Shown: positions 39,991-53,558 of the stretch, one piece after another
Layout of the letters: each line of letters starts with the position of its first letter
How positions within the stretch are numbered: the first letter of the stretch is position 1
NCBI RefSeq assembly: GCF_036321535.1
Contig: NC_087436.1
Span: 33,234,001-33,298,000, forward strand
Direction: 5' to 3'
DNA: 64,000 nucleotides
DNA from: Camelus dromedarius
Lineage: Eukaryota
Notes under the pieces: generated by a model
Database searches by the model: none
The model's input: the letters and a program-made list of their open reading frames with translations, nothing else
What the model was told of the DNA's origin: nothing
Translations under genes and position numbers: made by a program

Positions 39991-40494
39991 GAGTGTTTTA
40001 TAGGAGATCAAGATGAAGATTAGTAAATAATATTCGACCTGTTGATGGGGCTGTGGATTTGCTACCAAGTGAGACTAAAGTAAAGTAGGAAGCCAGAAAG
40101 CAGGTGATATAGAATAATGACCACCTGACTTAGTCTCCCAAATGGATCTCTGATGATGTGTCCTCAGTTTGAGTGATTGGGACTACCCTTAGTAAAAACA
40201 ATCTTTGCTGTACCGTTAGTCATGTAACTGCCTTTAGCTCCACATACACCTACTCTACTTCAGGAGCATCCCATCCCAACCCACAAGCCTTGTTATAAAG
40301 GAAGTATAGCCTGGAATCTAGCCAGAGGTAGCCCGAACAAGACACAGAGCCCTATTAGTTTGGCTCCTCTGCAAGATTTCACAGCCAAGTCAGTTCATCC
40401 TTTGGGCCTACTGTGAATACTTTCTGGAATTACACCTTCAATGAAGTATGGCTCCAAGGCAGTTCTTAAGTAAACAACTAAAGTGCTGAGGCAT

Positions 40495-41090
40495 AATTAT
40501 TGATGAGATGTAGGAACAAAAGGTACAAGTGATCAGCTGAGTAATTAGGTGAAGTCTTCACTAAGAGGTGATATTTGAGTTTGAGCTTCAGATTAAAAGA
40601 TGAATAAAATTTAACCAGGCAAAAGAGAAAAATCAAACCCTAAGTATATGTTAAATAAGAATGGAGGTGGAAAATTCATAGTGTGGGTAATTAGGGATAC
40701 TTTGGCCTCACTAAGGTATGGAAGAGGGATAGAAGTCAGGAGATGATGGGGGTTAAGACCGGAAACATCATGAGAGTCCAGATTATGATGGAGCTAGAGG
40801 GTTAAGGAATTTCAAATTTGTTTTATGTGAAGCATAAAACTAATGGCGTCATTTATTTTGAAGAATTTCAAAATCATTCTTGTGTCTCCAGTGGGTACTT
40901 TTAATAGCATTCATTCAATAAATACGTTTTTATTTTAAATGCTTATTCTTTCCTGGGCACTATGACAATAAAGAAAAAATGAAATCGTCTCTAACATTGA
41001 AGATCATATAATGAAATAAATGACATAATTTTTTATGCTGTAATTGATAGATACACTGGGTGAACTGTGACTATTTTGGATGGAATGCTC
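40495..41090 (-). mobile_element. L2 fragments
   Basis: gaagtcttcactaagaggtgatatttgagtttgag...gatgaataaaattt; cattcattcaataaatacgttt (40908-40930). Confidence 0.5.
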
Positions 41091-41113
41091 AATAAAAGAC
41101 ACCAGTCTATAAT

Positions 41114-41540
41114 TGTGGTAGATTAAAGAGAGTTGCAAATTCTTTGCCACTACTCTGAGTTATAAAGTGGTTTCTAATTTCTCTCCCCTTGAACTTGGAA
41201 TGGCAGTAGTGACATATAATTAATAAGCTAAAGCAGAAATGACCTTCTGGAAATTCATAGGTGAGGTCACTGGAAACTTTGCAGGCCTCTTAGGATACTT
41301 GTTTTTGGAACTCTGGATGAAATAAAAGGCATTTGGCTACCCATAGGGCACCATGATGGAGAGACCATATTGAGGAAACACATAAAGTGGCCCTAACACT
41401 TGGCCAGTCCCTGCCTGTCCTATCCACCGCTATGAGAGTAAACCCAATGGAGGTGTGAGACAATGGAGGAAATGAGTAGTTACTTCCTAACCCGTTTCAA
41501 ATTGCAAACACATAAGGTGTTTTTAGCCACATGAAATACT
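41114..41540 (+). mobile_element. MLT1 (F/G/H-like) solo LTR
   Basis: tgtggtagattaaag...caaattctttgccactac...ctccccttgaacttgg...caccatgatggagagacca...gtttttagccac. Confidence 0.75.
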
Positions 41541-44500
41541 AGAAGAGTCAAACCAAAGTGAGAAAGAGAGACAAGTTCAAAGTTAAATTGTCTGAACACA
41601 AATAGACCCAGTGTACACAGTGATTTCAAGAACTGGAGGGAAAAGAAAGACTTCAGGGCAATTTCTACCATGGTCACGAGCTGTGCAGTATATGGCAGGT
41701 TAGTCCAGGCTAATGACACAGTGTCAGGGACAACAACCATAGAAATCTGGAAGAATTGCCATCAAAAACTGTCTAATTTACTGCAATGGACGAAAAACCA
41801 GAAGTTGACCAAACGTGTGTAATCCCAGAGTAAAATAATAGAATAGTAAAATTTTAAATAGAATTGAATGATGACCATATATATATATATATATATATGA
41901 TTAAAAGTCTTAATTTTTAAATTAATCCATGAAGATGTAAAATTTCCTCAATTTTTCTTTATAAAACATATTTTTGGGAATTAATATTTATGTGAGAAAT
42001 GAAAAGAGAATAGACATGGGATGGAGTTGAACGATAATTGAACAATGATAGTTGAACATCCAGTCTTAATACATTGTAGTTGTATTAAGATGATTAGATT
42101 GTGTGTCATTTTTTTCTTTTCCAGTAATTTTTCTTTACTGTATTGTTACATTGTTGGCTTAATTTAAAAAGTTAAAGTACAGAAAATAAGAAATTCAAAT
42201 AAAGTCAATTTTATCTTCTCAGCGTGTAGTATATTTTCATTTTTCTCCAGACAAAACAGTGTTTTCTTCATTGTTAATATCGGTATTGCCAAGCCTTGCT
42301 AGTTTTATTTTCTCTAGAAGATCTGCATAGTTCTGTAAATGTTCTGGTGTTAGAAAATTGTTTTCACTTTGCTGATTTTTATTTATGGAAAGTTCTTGTG
42401 AAATTTCACCAACAGCAGTAAAGTGACTATTTGCTGTCAAAATGAACAGTACAAATATTCTGTATGTCAAAGATTACACATTATTTGTATGTATATTTTT
42501 AAAATTCTTGAGTATGTTTGCAATTTTTGAGATAATCATTGATATCTATTATATTCATGACTATTTTTAGATTCATAAGATATAGTTTAAAACAGACACA
42601 CAGTGAAAAGCAAAACATTTTCATACTCTTGTGATGCTTGCACAAAATACATGTTTGTGTGAAGGAGTAAAAGAGAGAAAATGAAAAAAGGAAACAAATA
42701 AGAAAAATTTTGATAGTGGTAAGTACTCTAGAGAAATCATTTTTTATGGCATCTTATTGGCTATCTAATAAAATACAAATATGTTTTTACCATACCTGCT
42801 TACTTTTCTATTTAATATATTTTCCTTAAAGTAACTAATTCTTTCATTGATACCATGAAATCTGTCCCTTTTTATAATCAATACACCCATCATAAGACAG
42901 CATTATTAATATCCCAATTCTACAAGTTATTATTGTAGACCACTGCAAATGTTATGTGTAGTACTAGGTAATGGAATAAGAACATTGACTTATAAATTGT
43001 ACATAATTTATATTGTATTGAAAAGTCTGGATGTTTTAAATTGGTTTCTAAACTACAAAAATTGATCTCAGGAGTTTTTAACCCTCAACTTGACTATAAA
43101 TATGCAAATAAGCACATAGCCACAGTTAATGATTTAGAAGAAAATTAGGCAGGACTTAAGTTAATTAATCCTGGCTCCTTGATTTATATTTTTGGTAGTT
43201 AGGGCATTCAAAATGTTCATTGGTGTTTGGAACTTTAGACATTTGCTCCAGCAGAATCAATATTATCTTATTTGGAAATACAACATCTGTTATATTATGT
43301 AGCTTATCCTTCCCAAGAACAAAACTCCGTGACTGTTTTCAGCCTTGAAATATATTTCATTTTTCCTTTTATTTCTTTTTTTTTTTTTTTTGGCCTTGTA
43401 AAGTTAATCTTTGAAGTTTCAAGGTCTTGTTAAGTTTACTGGTTTATGAGATCAAACATGCTTCAGACTACTAAAGTTTTATGCAATCAAAAAAAGAGCA
43501 TCAGTCATTCATTTCTAGGATGATGCCCTTTAAAGATATTTTTAGTTACATAGATTTACTAGAACTTGAAATTTACAGTGACTATGTTTTATATATTTTA
43601 TAGTGAGTTTTCATATGGAATAAACCTCCTTCTATGTTAAAGTCAAAGATGTCATTTTTAATTTACTTTACATACAGGAAGGCATTCTCAACTTTCTGAA
43701 TAGTAATATTACCCTTCTATACCTTTAATGTAATTATAAAATTTCACCTTTGAATCTCTAAACATTGGCTATTTGTGTTTAAATATCAGACCAAAGTTTC
43801 CCTAGTAATTTAATAAATGTGAGCCCTCAAATGAATATGATTTGTATTTTTGCTAAAGAAAAAAAAATCAACTTAAGAGTGGGATGCCCTGCACATATGG
43901 AGAAGATTTTATTGACCCAGCCTCAGTTGGCCATGTGTCTTTAGTTGTTTTTCCAATAATTGTAATGGATTTATACTGACTCACCCATACCCTTTCATCC
44001 AATTCTCATTGTGAAGTAGAGCAAACATGTGCAAGATGGCTGGAATAGAGAGTACATATGATAGCGGCAGAACAAAGAGAAGTTAAGATACAACACATAT
44101 CTGTTCAGGGCTTGCATATACCTTTATCTGTTTTTAAGTGCATTTTTAATTAATGAAATTTTGCATGGAGGAAAATTAATCGGCTTGTTAGGATGTATAA
44201 TGAAATTTAAGATGTTCATTAAAAGAAAGACATGCAGCTTCTTTAAAAATAAATTATATGTGTGTAAATATACATATATTTAGAAAATATAATATATAAT
44301 CTCCTTCATGAAGTAAAGAAAAAACCATGCAAGTGTAAATGTCCTTTTGGAAAGATGTAAGTCAGAGGCTGAAGGAGCCCTCAGTCTTGGGAGGAGGCCA
44401 ACTAGATGGGTGCTGTATGTAGTAGAGACATTCTACTACTGGGATCCACCAAGAAGTATAGAAAAATCAGGGCACCATCAAAGGTGTGGAAGACAGAGAA

Positions 44501-45229
44501 CAGCCCTATACATTCCAGACAGTATTGAAACTTTCTGAAAGTCTGACATATGAGGTCTTGGCTGAGTGAGAATTTATTTAATTTTTTAGGGCTTGTTTTC
44601 TATCCTTTTATAATGTAAACACATGATTATCTGAGGGAAGTTATTTCTGTAATTATATCTCCTTGGAAAGAGAGCAGAAATCAAGATGGATTTATGCAAG
44701 TATTGTGACCCTAGAGGATAAATAGAAACTTTGCCCTCCTCTATTGATGCTGAGTGTAGAAGTGATTCAGTTCCAAGTGTCACTGTAATTTTTCACTCTG
44801 AGCAAGATACAGCAGATGTGCTAAAAATAATTTGCTTCTACATACTACATATCAGCCTGAGGGGCTGATAACCCAGTGGAGCTCACCTCTTCACCTTCAG
44901 ATGGACCCTCTGTGGGCGAGACAGACCAATGACAAGGTACCCTTCTCATCCTCCTGCTTCCGATGACAGGAACATTCGTCTTATTAGACTAATTAGACTA
45001 AACTAATAAAACATTAGTTTTATTAGACTAAACACTAGTCTCATTAGACTAGACATACTTATTAGTATTATTGGTCTAACAGTGCTGATTTCTGGTCACA
45101 TTTGTCACTGTTTATATATCTTTGTAAAAACAGGAAAACATAAATAATTTAAACATCAAACATACTGCCATGGCCTGGACGTACCTTTTATAATATTCTG
45201 AAGTAAATTTCCTTCAGCATATTTTCCTA

Positions 45230-45655
45230 TATATGTTTGTAAGTAGTTGAGATTATTCTTTATTTTATCTTTAAAATATACACTTTTTCCCCTGACTTTT
45301 ATAAATTTTCATTTTCTGTGACTGTATGATATGCCATTACATGAATATTCTTTATTAATTCAAACTTCTTTATTTTGAGATATTTAAGTTAACCTTTCAC
45401 TTTTTTATAAGTGTGAATATGGTTTTAACTGGCATTGTTGTGAGCAAATCTTTACATGTAATATGTAATATATATACTATATATTATACATATATAATCT
45501 CCATATATCGCCCCACCATAGACTCCTACAAGTTAATTTACTTGGATCAAAGTGCAAGAAAATTCATAAAGTTGTTAATAAAAATTGCCAAATTACTTTC
45601 CAAAACGTTGATCTGACTTCCATTCCCTCAAGCAGTGTATGAGTGCCTATGGACC
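45230..45655 (-). mobile_element. L1ME-like fragment
   Basis: ttggatcaaag...attgccaaattactttccaaaa...cattccctcaagcagtgtatgagtgcc, antisense L1 ORF2 3' phrases. Confidence 0.6.
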
Positions 45656-45699
45656 ACCACCCGGGGAAACACCTTGTTAAAAATTGGATGCCTGAGACA

Positions 45700-45900
45700 G
45701 GAGGGACAGTCTGAGGCACTAATGCTCACGCATTCTGCTAAAAATAGACAGAAGGCTGAGACTTTTTGGCATGGAAGGCTGGCCGCTTCCAAATACCTAA
45801 AGCCAAGGCAGCCTGAGGCCTTCTGAAGCCAAAGCCTCTCACTGGTTATGTGACCAGCTGTGCACAGTCCAAGCCAGACACTGAGTCACACAGTCTGGGA
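45700..45900. promoter_or_regulatory. Candidate enhancer: MEF2, TFAP2, E-box and AP-1 motif cluster
   Basis: CTAAAAATAG (45738-45747), GCCTGAGGC (45811-45819), CAGCTG (45855-45860) and TGAGTCA (45882-45888) in a GC-richer non-repeat patch. Motif evidence only. Confidence 0.4.
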
Positions 45901-46245
45901 ACATCAGGGTGAGTGTGAAATAATGTGCTCCCTCAAAAACAATCAAGTCATATATGGATTGTTTCCATAATCCCTATGCATTGTTAAGTACTACACCAAA
46001 AAGGTTTTTTCTGTATCAGGCTCACACTTTTGTACATCAGCTAATGATGGATTGTTTTGCAATATTGCCTTTTGTGAGGTCTTCCAGCCAATTATTTGGA
46101 AGTAATGGTTTCATTATCTTTGTCTACAGAGCCTACTTATTTATGTTTCTTTGAAATTACTCCTTAGTATTTTTTTTTTTTTTTGGTGCTGGTGCTTCAC
46201 TTATTGTGGGTTACAAGTTATTTGTACTATCTTATTTTAATAAAG

Positions 46246-46299
46246 AATTAAATTAATTAATTAATTAATTAATTAATTAAATTAATTAATTAAATTAAT
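46246..46299. repeat. (AATT)n palindromic microsatellite
   Basis: aattaaattaattaattaattaattaattaattaaattaattaattaaattaat. Confidence 0.95.
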
Positions 46300-47482
46300 A
46301 TAAAATCTAAGCTTTTTATTATGGTGCTAATCTACGACGCTGAAAATGTGCACAATGAAGAGGCTTCTTGTTGTTTGGCTTTCCTTCCAAATTAAGCCTC
46401 CATCAATATTTAAGAGTACAAAAATCCTGGTAAAAGTTCAATTGGAGAAGATGCCTGTCAAATTCTATTCACTCATGTTAGTGAATTTACCTTCATGAGT
46501 AATTTTTCAAGGTTACAATATGATATGATTTTCTTTCTATTAAATGTTAACAAAAGTATGAAATAATTATCTTCACTTCCACTGTATTGTTTATAGTCAT
46601 TCCTTTTTTCTTATAGTTTTTGGTTCTCTTCTTTCCTTCTTTTCCTCTTCTGAGAATAGAGTAAATAAATAATAAAATAAATAAATGATGAAATTATCCT
46701 TAATTGTTACTATATTGGTTTCAAATAAAAAGTGTATATTCATAATATTGTATTTTTTTACTCTTATAACCAAAGCATGTATGGGTATTAAGAGTCATCA
46801 GTAAGGTAATTAAAAAGTAATTTTAAAAGTAATTAAAATTTTATTTTCTCTATACTTCATTGTATATTTGTTCTCTGTTGCTCTATGCAAAAAGGAAGAA
46901 AGCCGTAAGGAGAAACAATTCACTTTGCATTGGGTGGAATGCTGTTACCTCTGAGTTTCTTTCTAACTCTAACATTCTACGATATGAAAAGGAGGAATGT
47001 CAAGGTCCCCAATATCAATGTTGGGTAACTTTCTTTTGTTGTTGATTGTGTTCCAGGCTCCATAGTAAATATTTTAAACCCTTTCTTATTTAATCCTCAC
47101 AATGATCCAATGAAATGGACAGTATTATTAAAAAATAAAAGTAATTGATAGCATAATTAATATTCTTACTTTACATTTATTTAAATTATTTTCTTAAACT
47201 TCGGCAATGATTTGGACTTATATACTTGTCAAATTTATTTAATTCAGGTGCAAAAAACTCTTTTAAGAACATTGAAAAAATGTGCTGAGTATCTTCCATA
47301 CATCAGATACTGTGCTAGGCACTGCTGATTAAAATGCAATCAAATTTTACACAATTACTAATGGTGGCTACAAATATATAGCTCAATTTCTTATAGTGGC
47401 CAAAACAAAGAGAATAAGATAGTTAATATAGGTATTACGTTCATAAGATAAACAAGACAAGCAACTTTTCATGGTGCTAAAT

Positions 47483-47923
47483 TTTGGTAGATTACATCAT
47501 TAACCCCAGTTCTTCACCTCATTCTTCATGGTTCCTGGAAGCATGCTCTTGACCATGTAACTTTGTGGAGTCCTTCCACTCTGACCTGACATTCTTTGCT
47601 AATCCTAGACCCTGGGTTCAGCCATGTTACTTGCTTTGGCCAATGGCATGTTAACCCATATGATACAAGAAGAATCTCAAAACTTGTTTTTCTTTGAGTG
47701 GGCTTGCTCCATCTTGCACATCTGCTGTTGCCATGAGACGACATGCCTATGTGAACCCCATTGTCCCCATAGAAGGATGTCAGACACTGCAGATGCAAGA
47801 ATGAGACCCCCAACCGAAACCACTCTATTTCCAGTGTTACGATTTGTGAGCTATAAATTATTGTTGCTTTAAATCACTGAATTTTGTAGTGGTTTTTTTA
47901 ATTCAGCAATAGCTAGCTGATAC
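47483..47923 (+). mobile_element. MLT1 (H/I/J-like) solo LTR
   Basis: gggttcagccatgttacttgctttggccaatggcatgtta...ataaattattgttgctttaaatcactgaattttgtagtgg...cagcaatagctagctgataca. Confidence 0.8.
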
Positions 47924-48169
47924 AAAATTCCTGAGGTAAGTTTCTCATGGAACCTCCCAAGAAGGAAAAATGAGAGTTATAGTTATCTGAACTTTACACA
48001 GTACTTTTCTGTATACTAACACATTATTTTTCGTCTAAATCAGTGAAGTACACAAACCAGATTAATGTAATGCAGTTTTCCAAATTTAATTTCCCAGGGG
48101 AGTGACTGGTACCACATATATTCAGTAATAAAAGTGTTACTAAAGTATTGTGAGTCTCAGTGATCATTA

Positions 48170-49015
48170 TCTCCAGTTTTTACCCCTCTCCAATCCTCTT
48201 GCCATACATTAGCTACAGGGGTCATTCAAAACCACAGATCATATCTTGTCAATTTCCTGCTAAAATCTCTCTTTTGCTCTTTGGATAAAGTCCAAAATTC
48301 TTAACTGAGTGTACAGAGTCATATATATCTTCTCCAGGCTGCTTCCTTTTCTAGCTTTATTTCACACTTCTTCCTCTTTTTCATGGTATGTTTCTGCCAT
48401 ATCATGGCTTCTTTTAATTTTTTTCTTACTAGGCATTCTCTTGCAGATCCATTGTTCCCTCCACCTAGCACACACACTGCTTTACTTCTTGCCTATTTTT
48501 TTTTTAAATTAAAGTGTAGTTGATTTACAGTGTTGTGGTGTTTTTGGTGTATAGCATAGCTATTCAGTTATACATACACATATATATATATATTTATTCT
48601 TTTTTGTATCTTTTTTCATTATAGTTATTACAAGTTATTGAATATAGTTCCCTGTGCTATAGAATAGGAGCTTGTTGTTTATCTGGTGTGTATATTGTAG
48701 TTTGTATTGGCTAATCCCAAACTCCCAATTTATCTCTTTCCCCTCCTTGCTTAAGTAAAAAAAAAAATAGTTTCTGTTTTCATCTTAGCAATCAGTTCAT
48801 TCAGGAAGCCTCCCCTACTCTCCTAGTTTGAGTTAGGTAGTCCTTCATTTAGGACAGGGTACTTCCTTTTACTCTCAGTTGTCACACTACAGGGAATTGC
48901 TATTTCGCTTGACTCTATCAGACTAAGTGCCCTGCAGATTCACTTACTGCATTCTTAGGTGCTTGCATGGGGTCTGGCATGTTGAGGGCACTGCAAGGTC
49001 TTAATAAATACATAA
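48170..49015 (+). mobile_element. L2 fragment interrupted by a younger L1
   Basis: ctccaatcctctt...ggataaagtccaaaattctta; resumes with caggaagcctcccctac...ggtctggcatgttgagggcact...aataaata. Confidence 0.6.
48495..48745 (-). mobile_element. Young 5'-truncated L1 3' UTR (cetartiodactyl type)
   Basis: T-tail, then aaagtgtagttgatttacagtgttgtg...attcagttatacata...ttgaatatagttccctgtgctata...ctaatcccaaactcccaatttatc. Possible TSD cttgc(c/t)ta. Confidence 0.85.
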
Positions 49016-52000
49016 CTTCACTTAACTTAGATCAGTCTCTCTAAAGTAGGACTAGTAGAGACCAGAAGGTATGAGCCATTTTGACCATTCAGTCATGCTT
49101 ATAAACTTAAAAGTTAGACCTAAAGGTATGATTTGAATGTTCTGTAGTCTGTCTGTTTCCTGAGGATACATACATCATTATGCAAACTTGGGACAATTTG
49201 ATTCATTGAACTACTTACCAATGTTTTACATACATTATTCTTGGATGAATTAGTTATATTATTCATATTATTAATGAACCATATAAACCAAATGTTGTGT
49301 TGGATTCCTTGAGGATTGTCTTCATACTCATTGAGTGTTTTCTTGGCACAAACACATTAGTCACCAGTACAGCCGTTTTCAGCACATTCTTTGACTCAGT
49401 TTTATTTTCGTATATGTGTATATCACTTTGCTGTTGCATTTGTAGTAAACATTATAGTAAATCCGCCAATACACATTTCGATTTTATGTCTATTTTATAT
49501 TAAGTGAGTTTGAAAACCTTATGGAGAAGTCACTTCTTAGTGTTTGCTGGTAATGAAAACATAACTGGTTTAAAAATGTCTCCCTATAAAGAATGCTTTG
49601 AGAAACTATATATATGTGTGTATGTGTTGTTTTCTTTGTTTTTCCTGAGGAGCCCGGGACAGGGAGGGGAAGGAGTGTGGCCCTTGTTTTGCCTTTCCTG
49701 AGGGAGAGGGCTTACATTAATACTGTCTCATGATATTGCCAGTAATAAGTTATTGTTAAATAAAGGATAGGTGTAAAACGTGCATGGACCTGAGTGCTTG
49801 GCCTTTACTAATATAACAGTAAACTCTTTTATTTTGTAGAGCTATGTGGTCATGTAATTCAGACAGAAAGGATCACAAAGGCTAATTTTTGAGGGGCAAA
49901 GTAGAATTGCATATCCCATTTGCTTTGGTGCATCGATTAAAAAGCCAGATGTTAAGAACAGATGTCAATGAGCTATTTTTCATATGCCATGGTTTACAGT
50001 TATGAACTCTCCATTTATCACCTCAGATGGGAACAGTTAATTTGACAGTGAGTGTTTTGGTTATTAGCCAATTTCAACATGAGTCCTTGGTTTTTGAAAT
50101 GTGATGTACAGATACGTGATAAAAGACTTACAATGGAAGCACTGTTAACTTGATTTTTGTGCCTTAGAGTTTACCAACATACATAATGCAATGGAAATGA
50201 ATGTTCCCTCTTATGGTGAATGAGCATAAATTCAGTGTTGGCAAAGAAATTATGTAAATGTTATGACTGAAATACAGAATCGTTAATCCAATTGCAAATT
50301 CCAAATAACCAAATTTCAGACCCTTGAACTGGGTGCATGATATAGTGGGTTTTGCTTATTTCTTGTATTTGATTGTAATAACAGTATTTGTTAAAAATAT
50401 TTCTGGCCATGTTTATACTAAATATATTTGCAGAGTTGGCTTAAAAATTTTGTGCTACTATGGGGTGATTTTTATATGTATAGAATACCGTATTTCAAAT
50501 TGTTTATTAGCTATATTGATATAATAAATATTGTGAAACCAACCATTTACTATAATCTGCTAGGAAACTTAAGTAACAGACAAAATAGCATAATACTATT
50601 TTTTAAAATGTATATGGACAATATTTGGAAGATTAAAAAACACTTTAGCATGTGTTATATCTTTATATTTTCACATCAAATTTGTGCAATAGATCATTAT
50701 TTTTCTTTTATATTCCCAAGGCTGGGAAGAGATGGAGATGTGGTTTCAATTTTTTTCTATTTTCTATTCTAGTTTTCTTTCTACTACACTTAATCCCTCT
50801 CCTTCAATTCAGATCTCAAAAAAATAATAGTTACTTCAATCCAGTGGTTGAAAAATGTATCAAGTTCTGCCCTAGGAGATCTAATCATATAGGAAAGAAA
50901 TTTAATCTATTTTCCAATCTGTACCTAAACTGATGACTTTGATAAGTGCAATAGAAATTGGCTTAAATGGTTCACCCTTAACCAACTACTGGATTAACTA
51001 AAGTTCTCCATTTTATCTGTAACATACTGATTAGAGCCTTTAGCATACTGAAAACTCTGCATTTCTGCTCCTGCTACTTTATTTGTATGCCTGGTATGAG
51101 TCAGTAGTGTTTTTTCCAAACTCTTATCAGTGGCATCTGCTATATTGAATATTGCATAAGTCAATGAAATATGAAAGTGGCCAAAAATAATTACTACTAT
51201 AAAAGCTAAATAGCATGGTTTGAAAGATTACATAAAGGTTAGTTGCAATAAAATTGTATACCTGAAAAGTTATGATTGTTAGGAAGAGGTACTATAAGGT
51301 GCTAGAAGGCTTTTGCATTTAAATTGTCTTGCGTTTCTTTTGATACATTCTAGTTTCTCTTTAAAGTGGCAGTAGTAGATGGGGCATTTTGCATATAACT
51401 GATAGAAAAAATGAAGAAACTGCAAATTGCAGACCCATTCTTTAAGAAATGGCCTTACTCCTGCATTGGAGAATGACATGCATTTCTATGTTTTAAGTTA
51501 AAATTAAATGTTTAAGTTACAGTTATATCACTTATTTTATGATTTCCAGATTTAACTTCCTTTTCAATGATCTTACCAATGACTGATCTCAAATATGCCG
51601 GATATGAGGGATTCAGTTGTTTCTACATACCTAATATTGACTTATTAAATACTTAGTGCCTAACCTAATGTCCAAGTCCCAGTGATGGTTGTTCATAGAA
51701 CCTCAGAGTAAATTTCAAGGGTTTCACAAATAGATTTTTCAAAGGTTATGTGAAACCTGCAAAATGTAGAACATTGACTGTGCATGATAGGTGGGCAAGG
51801 AAGGGAGGAACTTCTGTGTCATGGGAGGAGACACAGTACTACCTCACAGCAAATAGAAGTGGTGAATTTTCAGGGATCTGACCTCACATCTTTCTTCAGA
51901 GCTCTTGCTGTGTTTTAGGGTTGAACCTTCTATTTCCACCTACATGGGTGTAAGGGACAGACCATGAAGGAAGGTTACAAGTGTGTGAATCTATTCTCAG

Positions 52001-52978
52001 ACCTTAAAAAAAAGTGGATGCTTTTGGTATGGTGAGGGGTGAGTGGGCGCAAAGTAATTATGTCAGTGGGGATTCTAGCTTAACTCTTTAAAAAAATATC
52101 ATTCTCATATAAACAATTTGTTTTAAACTTTTTTTCAGGCTAAAGGGCTGAAAAAATTTGGTTAGGATAAACAAAACAATTTTTACACACCTTCAGTATG
52201 AAACTTAAGTGCACACACATATTTTATTTCAACTTTGGCTAAATCCCTCAGAACACATAAGGCTACGTTACACAACTAAAACTTCTCTTTTGGACTGTCT
52301 AGCACCTAGATGTATTTCAGAGAAGTGTTTATTTTTGCACACAGATACTAATAACAATTACTGGAGGGCTTAAAAATTCAGATTATTTTGTTAATTTAAA
52401 TTTGGCTCTCTTAAATTCTATAATTCTATTTTATGATCCAGATAAATATGACCTTGGGAGGGGAAACATATAACTTAAAATAAAATATAATACCTATCAG
52501 TTCTTAGGTTTTGTTTTTTCATCTGCACTCTTGCAAAACACATTCCATTTCCATCCACAAGTTAATTTCTCAAAGTTGTCTTAAGACTTTTATCTGCATG
52601 AAAATTTTCAGTAAATACAAAGTAACTGGAAATTTCTCCAAAGATATTATGATTAAATTACCAGGAAAAATCTCGCATGCTTGGAATTTCAGAATGATTT
52701 AGACAAGCAGGCAAAATCTTCTTTGTCATTAAGTCTGTGCTTACAAAGTACAGCTTGACAGCTTACTGCCTTTTTATTTTGTGCTTTATGTTACTCAATT
52801 TGGACAGAAAAATCAAGATTGCACACATACCTATGTGCATAGCTAATGAGGCCAAATTGACTGAATTGACGCACGATGAGAAGAGAGACTGTTCATCAGG
52901 AAAAATGCTGGATTTTTTCCCCAGAATTTTCTTACTATTTATTTGTCTACTAATTTAATCAAATGTTCAAAAATTGTA

Positions 52979-53325
52979 CAGTTGGCCCTATGTGTCCACA
53001 GGTTACCCATCAGGGATTCAACCAACCTTGGATCAAAAATATTAGGAAAAAAAAAAGCCAGAAATTTCCAAAAAGCAAATTTGTCACTTGCTGGCAACTG
53101 TATACATAGCATTTACATTGTACTTACAACTATTTATTTACATTACATTTAAATTGTATTAGATATTATAAGAAATGTAGAGATGATTCAAAGTATATGG
53201 GAGGATGTGCCTAAGTTACATGCAAATACTACACCATTTTATATGAGGACTTGAGCACTCACAGATTTTGGTATCTCCAGGGAGTCCTGGAAAAAAAATC
53301 TTCCTTAGATACAGAGAGATGCCTG
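52979..53325 (-). mobile_element. MER2/MER2B (TcMar-Tigger) non-autonomous DNA transposon
   Basis: TA + cagttggccct...agagatgattcaaagtatatgggaggatgtg...gacttgagcactcacagattttggtatc...gagagatgcctg; ~347 bp with TIRs. Confidence 0.9.
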
Positions 53326-53384
53326 CATATGTAAATGAAATCAGAATTCATAGAGTAGTGAGTAGTTCATTTTTCCCTTCTTTT

Positions 53385-53558
53385 TAAGACTTTTATTATT
53401 TATCTTTTAAAGCAGTTTTAAGTTCACTGGAAAATTGAGCAAATGTACAGAGATGTCCCATCTACTCCCTGCCCCAACACAAGCACAGCCTATTATTAAC
53501 GTGCCTCAACAGAGGATACATTTGTTACAATTGATGAATCTACAATGATACCATAACA
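53385..53558 (-). mobile_element. L1MC/MD 3' terminal fragment
   Basis: agcagttttaagttcactggaaaattgagcaaatgtacagagatgtccca...acatttgttacaattgatgaatctaca. Confidence 0.8.
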
